The notes below the pieces were generated by a model. It was given only the letters and a program-made list of their open reading frames with translations. It was not told the DNA's origin and did no database searches. From positions 1,152,001-1,216,000 of the forward strand of contig OZ244991.1 of the NCBI GenBank assembly GCA_965223335.1: a DNA stretch of 64,000 nt, in the 5' to 3' direction. Positions 58,932-64,000 of this stretch are shown one piece after another. Within the stretch, counting starts at the first letter, position 1, and the number at the start of each line of letters is the position of its first letter. Source of the stretch: Thermodesulfobacteriota bacterium (GTDB taxonomy: Bacteria; Desulfobacterota_D; UBA1144; Nemesobacterales; UBA2774). Both the position numbers and the translations under genes were made by a program.

Positions 58932-59486
58932 ATGGCACTTACACCCTCAAACATGCTCCCACTCGGGACCGTAGCCCCCGACTTTACGCTCTGGTGTGCG
59001 GTAAACGATCGGGAATTCTCACTTGAGGAACTTAAATCCGACACCGCTACAGTGATTATGTTTATCTGTAATCACTGCCCCTATGTTAAACACGTGCAGC
59101 GGGGATTAGTCGAGCTTAGCAATCACTACACACCCAAAGGGGTTGCTTTTATTGCTATCAACTCCAACGACGTGGATAACTACCCCGACGATTCACCCGA
59201 GCACATGAAACGTGTGGCACTCGAGCTTGGCTACGAGTTCCCCTATCTATTCGACGAGACGCAAGATGTCGCAAGATCCTACGATGCCGCATGTACGCCC
59301 GATTTTTATATATTCGATGCCGATCTCAAGTGTGTGTACAGGGGGCAGATGGACGACTCTAGACCCGGCAACGGCAAACCCGTCACGGGCTCCCACATAC
59401 GCGAAGCCCTCGACACGTTGCTTGAAGGCAAAGAGGTCTCTGACGACCAGATCCCCAGCATCGGCTGCAATATAAAGTGGAGATAA
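58932..59486 (+). CDS. thioredoxin-fold AhpC/TSA family protein
   Basis: FICNHCPYV, AINSND, AACTPDF, PSIGCNIKW. Confidence 0.94.
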   Translation: MALTPSNMLPLGTVAPDFTLWCAVNDREFSLEELKSDTATVIMFICNHCPYVKHVQRGLVELSNHYTPKGVAFIAINSNDVDNYPDDSPEHMKRVALELGYEFPYLFDETQDVARSYDAACTPDFYIFDADLKCVYRGQMDDSRPGNGKPVTGSHIREALDTLLEGKEVSDDQIPSIGCNIKWR

Positions 59487-59488
59487 AT

Positions 59489-59998
59489 ATGGATGTATTC
59501 GAATGTGTATCTACCCTTAGCTCTGTGAGGGGTTTCTTGTCGAAGGATATCCCGGACGAGACGGTGCGCTCAATACTAGAAGCCGGCCGACTCGCACCGA
59601 GCGCTCATAACGACCAGCCGTGGCAGTTCATAGCTATACGCGATAAGGGCATTTTGAGCGAGATGGAGAGCTACTGCATAAGCGGGAGGTTTATTTCTAA
59701 AGCCAGCTTTGCGGTAGTAGTGATCACAGACCCGTCTTCCAAATGGCACGAGATCGACAGCACCCGTGCCGTACAAAACATGGCACTTACCGCGTGGGGG
59801 TTTGGAATCGGCACCTGCTGGATAGGAGCCCTCGATAAAGAGGGGATCATGAACCTGCTCGGTATCCCCGATGGATATAATGTGCTTACGGTACTGCCCT
59901 TCGGCTATGTCAATCAGGATTCATATAGAGGCCCCAAATATAGAAAATCACCCAGCCAGGTATTTCATCTCGATCGGTATGGCGAGAAATTTGTTTGA
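59489..59998 (+). CDS. nitroreductase family protein
   Basis: LAPSAHNDQPWQF, QNMALTA..GIGTCWIG, LPFGY; start ATG 59489. Confidence 0.93.
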   Translation: MDVFECVSTLSSVRGFLSKDIPDETVRSILEAGRLAPSAHNDQPWQFIAIRDKGILSEMESYCISGRFISKASFAVVVITDPSSKWHEIDSTRAVQNMALTAWGFGIGTCWIGALDKEGIMNLLGIPDGYNVLTVLPFGYVNQDSYRGPKYRKSPSQVFHLDRYGEKFV

Positions 59999-60003
59999 GG
60001 TGG

Positions 60004-60387
60004 TTACTGTCTTGAAAACAGTGCTTCCCTGAGCGCCCAGTAGGTCCTGTCCTGACCCCGAATCCCAAATTTCACCTTGCCCTTGCTCTTGTCCTGCAGA
60101 AAGGCTTTCTCGTTGCCTTTTAGTATTATGCAGCGGTCCTCGTCATATATGATCTGCTCTGCCAGCTTGTTTTGACCGGCATCGAGAAATTCATAGTATT
60201 TATCCAGGTCTATTCGCTTGTAGCAGGCGGGGTACCCTTCCTTGGTAAAGCACTCCTTATGCTGAAAGTCGCACACACTCTCAGCTGCGATGGTGGTCTG
60301 GGTAGGCAGTAATACAACCCCTACTGCCAGTACTAGAACCAGACCTATTGTTATGCTAATTTTGTGATTTGCATATTCCAGATTCAT
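60004..60387 (-). CDS. hypothetical secreted protein
   Basis: Signal peptide, four Cys, GAGG RBS. Confidence 0.7.
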   Translation of the reverse strand: MNLEYANHKISITIGLVLVLAVGVVLLPTQTTIAAESVCDFQHKECFTKEGYPACYKRIDLDKYYEFLDAGQNKLAEQIIYDEDRCIILKGNEKAFLQDKSKGKVKFGIRGQDRTYWALREALFSRQ

Positions 60388-60441
60388 TAGTGCTTTACCT
60401 CAAACTATTCGGGGTATGCCCAATATCGCGTCATACCTAAT

Positions 60442-61260
60442 TTATTGCTGCATCATTTGTTCGAGCTTATAATCAGCCGGGGGTTCGAATGAGGATGCGT
60501 CTACACTCTTTTTCTCAGACGATGTAAATCTGGATTCGCTATCCACTTTTCCACCGTCGTAATCTATTGTTTGTACCGGGAACCCGTTTAGTTTTCTAAG
60601 TTGGTTAAAGACGTTGCTTTCAAACTGAGCCTGCGCAGCTACAGCACCCGGCCCTTTAGACAAGCCTTTCATCATCTGTTCCATAAAATCCGCCATCCCC
60701 ATCATCACCGACCTCATCTCGTCGCCGCCCTTGATGTTGCCCCAGTCGGTAACGCAGTGCTGGCGAACCTTCTCTTCACCCTTGTAAACATCATATTTCG
60801 TACATGAGTATCCATTTACAGTATCGCTGCCAGTCTTTTTCATCACCGGTTCGGGCTGTGGCTCCCCACTCATTCCCGGCATCTTGTCCTTCATCATTTT
60901 TTCCATCATCTCGCGCTGCTCCGGACTCATCTCTTTCATCGCAGCCTCCATCTCGGCCATTGCCTTCTCTATCTCACTCGCAATCATCTGCATTGTGGCC
61001 TGGTCCACCACCATATATGTTTTTCTCTGGTGGTCTACTATTATCATTTCGTTTGAGTCCCCTTTATAGATCATCGAGCCCTCTTGCTGTTGGTCGTTTT
61101 TATAAAAATCCATCTTCAGGTTGTTACCTTTGATAGCACCTTTAGTAAGGTTTGTTTCCTCCGGGCTCATCTCCTTTTGATCCATCTGAAACTCAACGTC
61201 GGCGTACGAATTTATTGTAAATGCAATGGTCATTATAGGTATTAAGAGATATTTAAGCAT
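60442..61260 (-). CDS. DUF4412-like secreted protein
   Basis: Signal peptide; TGSDTVNGYSCTKY, GFPV, FEPPADYK; ATG 61260 after GGAGGA. Confidence 0.82.
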   Translation of the reverse strand: MLKYLLIPIMTIAFTINSYADVEFQMDQKEMSPEETNLTKGAIKGNNLKMDFYKNDQQQEGSMIYKGDSNEMIIVDHQRKTYMVVDQATMQMIASEIEKAMAEMEAAMKEMSPEQREMMEKMMKDKMPGMSGEPQPEPVMKKTGSDTVNGYSCTKYDVYKGEEKVRQHCVTDWGNIKGGDEMRSVMMGMADFMEQMMKGLSKGPGAVAAQAQFESNVFNQLRKLNGFPVQTIDYDGGKVDSESRFTSSEKKSVDASSFEPPADYKLEQMMQQ

Positions 61261-61380
61261 TTTGCTCCTCCAAATTTTAGTTGCTAACATATTAACATAA
61301 TTTCCTCTATGTTGAGAGATATATGTATATACCAATTAACATACTTGGAACCCATTTGCTAAGCTGCTACAAGTAAAATC

Positions 61381-62043
61381 CTACTTTTCTTTCTCTTCTT
61401 CCTTGGCCCTGTCGTAGATGATCTCCATCATTTTAAACTCGTTATTATCGGGGGTCACAACGTATAGTGTATAGGTATACTGATCGTCGTTAACAACTTT
61501 AGTAACTGCACGGAACTTCTTTTCTCCCTCAACCGGGTCTGTGAAGTTGCCGGTCTGTGTTAATTCCTTTGTTTCGGCATTATATGTGCCCTGCGATGTC
61601 ATGATCCCCGTACCCATATTGTCGAGCCACATAGAGTCATAGATTTTTTTGGCATTATCATAGCCCGTTACACCAAGGCCCTTAAATTCCTGTCCCATCC
61701 ACTCTCCTTTGGCCTTGTGTTTAAGGAACCTATTGCCCATTATCCACTTATTTTTGCTAGTGCCCGTGGTTTCCCTAGGCGGCTCATCAGGCGACATCCA
61801 CCATCTGACTGTATGGTCCCATTGGCCGACCAGTTGGTTTAGAACCTCGTGGTTCTCATTCGGGGTTGCATATTCCTTCCAAAGTTCCATTGCTTCCATC
61901 TGTTTTTGGTCCATCGACTGCTCTGGGGCTTTATCCGCTTTGTTTGAGTCTTCCTTTGCTGTTGAATGAGTTGCCACGAGACCCATTGAAAGCACGAGTA
62001 ACAAGAGAAATAAAAAATTTGCCTTTCTAATGGTTTGTATCAT
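61381..62043 (-). CDS. DUF1579-like secreted protein
   Basis: LVGQW, GYDNAKK.Y.SMWLDNMGT, KMMEIIY; ATG 62043 after GGAGG. Confidence 0.85.
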   Translation of the reverse strand: MIQTIRKANFLFLLLLVLSMGLVATHSTAKEDSNKADKAPEQSMDQKQMEAMELWKEYATPNENHEVLNQLVGQWDHTVRWWMSPDEPPRETTGTSKNKWIMGNRFLKHKAKGEWMGQEFKGLGVTGYDNAKKIYDSMWLDNMGTGIMTSQGTYNAETKELTQTGNFTDPVEGEKKFRAVTKVVNDDQYTYTLYVVTPDNNEFKMMEIIYDRAKEEEKEK

Positions 62044-62195
62044 CTTCTGAGTTCCTCCTGCATCTAAATTAGTTAATTTAAAGAGTAACCTAAGGCTATG
62101 TGTAATCAACTGTTTTTTGGATGCTGAATTAGATGTAGATTCTTTTGTGTTTGTGCCGTGTTATCATTATTAAGCAGTAATGTGAGTACTGCTCA

Positions 62196-64000
62196 ATGAA
62201 CGAATTCAAACCACCAAAACCCCTACTCGTATATGACGGCGACTGCGGTTTTTGCCGTCTTTGGATCGAGTACTGGAAATCCCTTACCACAGACAGTGTG
62301 GATTATGAAACATCCCAAAACATAGCCCCCAGTATCTCCGGGATACAGAAATCAATATACGATAGATCGGTGGTCCTGATCATGCCCGACGGCGCTGTGT
62401 ATACCGGTGCCGAGGCGGTGTTTAGGAGCCTTTCGGTTAAATCTGGCCCGACACTCGGATTAAAGATGTATCAAGGTCTCCCGGGTTTCGCTTTTATCTC
62501 TCAGGCGCTTTATGGATTTGTTGCCTCGCATCGAGTGTTTGCTTCAAAGACCACACGTTTCCTATGGGGCACTAAGGTAGGGCCGCACAACCACACTCTA
62601 ACCATATCTATCTTTTACATCATATTGGGACTTGTCTATCTTGTTGCGTTCGGGTCGCTTTGGACTCAAATCCCCTTACTAATCGGTACCGACGGCATAC
62701 TCCCGGCCGATATCTATATGGAGGCGGCAAAAATAAACCATGGTTCGAGTGCCTATTATAAAATTCCTACACTAGCATGGATAAACAACAGTGATTCTTT
62801 TCTATCTATAATCGCGATTTTGGGTATGGTGTCGTCTCTTTTTGTGATTCTAAGGAGGTGCGTTCTCCCGGCCCTATTCGTTTGCTGGCTCTGTTATCTC
62901 TCGTTGGTCTCTGTGGGTCAGGTGTTTACCTCTTTCCAATGGGATAACTTACTTTTGGAAACCGGCTTGGTTGCTGTTTTGCTTTCTTTGGCAGGATTAT
63001 ACGGATATAAAAACAGCGTATCTATGATTGTAATATGGCTTGGTAGGTTCCTCTTGTTCCGGCTAATGTTTTCATCGGGCTATTTGAAACTTGCCAGCGG
63101 CGACCCTGTCTGGTCCGACCTCACCGCTCTTAGCTACCATTACATGACACAGCCGCTGCCTACGCCAACAGCGTGGTTCGTACACCATCTACCGCTTTGG
63201 TTCCATAAGCTCTCTGCAGTGATAATGCTCGTTATTGAGATAGTGGTTCCGTTTTTCATATTTACACCCCGCCGCCCCAGAATTGCCGCCGGAATAGTGT
63301 TGATAGGTCTCCAAGTCATGATTTTCATTACTGGGAATTACACCTTTTTTAATATATTGAGCATCGGGCTTGTATTTCTTCTGTTTGATGACACCTTCTT
63401 GCGTAGCTTTATACCCAGCAGGTTCCGAAACACGGACTTACTAACAAAGGTAGTCCGAACAGGTGCCGGTACCCGTACGGTAGTGAATAGTGTAGTAGTG
63501 ATTGTTGCAACGTTCATATTCTTGCTTGGACTCGTGCAGCTCGGCGGTGTTTTGGTGGGGTACCGAAACTTACCCGACCCGCTCATACAAAGCTTTAGAG
63601 CCATATACCCTTACCGTATAGTAAACGGTTACGGGCTATTTACGGTGATGACGACCGAGAGGCTCGAGATAGTGCTAGAGGGCTCCCGGGACGGGTCCGA
63701 GTGGAGAGAGTATGAGTTCAAGCATAAACCGGGCGGACTAGATAGGGGGTTGGGCTGGGTAGCCCCGCACCAGCCGCGCGTGGACTGGCAGATGTGGTTT
63801 GCGGCGCTTAGCAGCTATAGACAAAACCCCTGGCTTGTAAACATGGTGTTTATGATGCTCGAGGGCTCAGAGCAGGTAAAGGAGCTCTTTAGCAATGACC
63901 CCTTCCCCGACACCAATCCCAAGTACATACGTGCCAGCCTTTACAGTTACGAATTCACAGACCCCGGGGAGACCAAGGAAAACAACCGGGTGTGGAAACG
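62196..64000 (+). CDS. lipase maturation factor family protein with N-terminal DCC1-like (DUF393) domain; truncated by window end
   Basis: Not in the ORF track. Manual translation from ATG 62196: YDGDCGFC, FQWDNLLLETG, FRLMFSSG, HYMTQPLP, TGNYTFFN, YEFKHKPG, PHQPRVDWQMWFAAL; frame checked at three points. Confidence 0.92.
   Translation, partial: MNEFKPPKPLLVYDGDCGFCRLWIEYWKSLTTDSVDYETSQNIAPSISGIQKSIYDRSVVLIMPDGAVYTGAEAVFRSLSVKSGPTLGLKMYQGLPGFAFISQALYGFVASHRVFASKTTRFLWGTKVGPHNHTLTISIFYIILGLVYLVAFGSLWTQIPLLIGTDGILPADIYMEAAKINHGSSAYYKIPTLAWINNSDSFLSIIAILGMVSSLFVILRRCVLPALFVCWLCYLSLVSVGQVFTSFQWDNLLLETGLVAVLLSLAGLYGYKNSVSMIVIWLGRFLLFRLMFSSGYLKLASGDPVWSDLTALSYHYMTQPLPTPTAWFVHHLPLWFHKLSAVIMLVIEIVVPFFIFTPRRPRIAAGIVLIGLQVMIFITGNYTFFNILSIGLVFLLFDDTFLRSFIPSRFRNTDLLTKVVRTGAGTRTVVNSVVVIVATFIFLLGLVQLGGVLVGYRNLPDPLIQSFRAIYPYRIVNGYGLFTVMTTERLEIVLEGSRDGSEWREYEFKHKPGGLDRGLGWVAPHQPRVDWQMWFAALSSYRQNPWLVNMVFMMLEGSEQVKELFSNDPFPDTNPKYIRASLYSYEFTDPGETKENNRVWK

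Noticed and set aside
60860..61000. Met-rich low-complexity stretch in the DUF4412-like protein
   Set aside because: Protein-level compositional bias, not a DNA repeat.
1..64000. CRISPR array, IS/transposase, integrase, prophage or rRNA genes
   Set aside because: No repeat-spacer array and no ORF with such motifs was seen.

Overview
Mostly housekeeping bacterial chromosome, about 60 protein genes. The tRNA-Val-thrS-infC-rpmI-rplT order, sigma54 signals and protein families fit a deltaproteobacteria-like or Desulfobacterota-type organism; this taxonomy is inference only. Recognisable genes include an RND efflux pair, dnaB, glycerate kinase, an isolated nuoE, a FadI/FadJ-like pair, VKOR-thioredoxin, ABC-F, htpX, purC, a GH113-like hydrolase, suhB, a cytochrome P460-family protein, clcA, yqjG, argH, a TreT-like enzyme and a DCC-lipase maturation factor fusion that runs off the window end. 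The most interesting signals are absent from the ORF track. (1) A complete sigma54 promoter (palindromic enhancer, IHF site, -24/-12) points into a ~100-nt non-coding, terminated unit at ~26.5 kb. (2) A 3-kb locus at 40.5-43.7 kb has five arrays of TTAACA-like hexamers at 11-bp spacing (Pho-box-like) in front of a PAP2 protein, a PhoU-like protein, a glycosyltransferase and two candidate sRNAs; one sRNA shares a CU-rich 13-mer with the sigma54 RNA. (3) An intact FadI/FadJ-like operon has its main catalytic residues substituted. (4) An integrase-less ~1.15-kb islet in tRNA-Val has three nested pairs of direct repeats and separates thrS from the tRNA promoter. All family calls come from motifs read by eye; no database searches were run.
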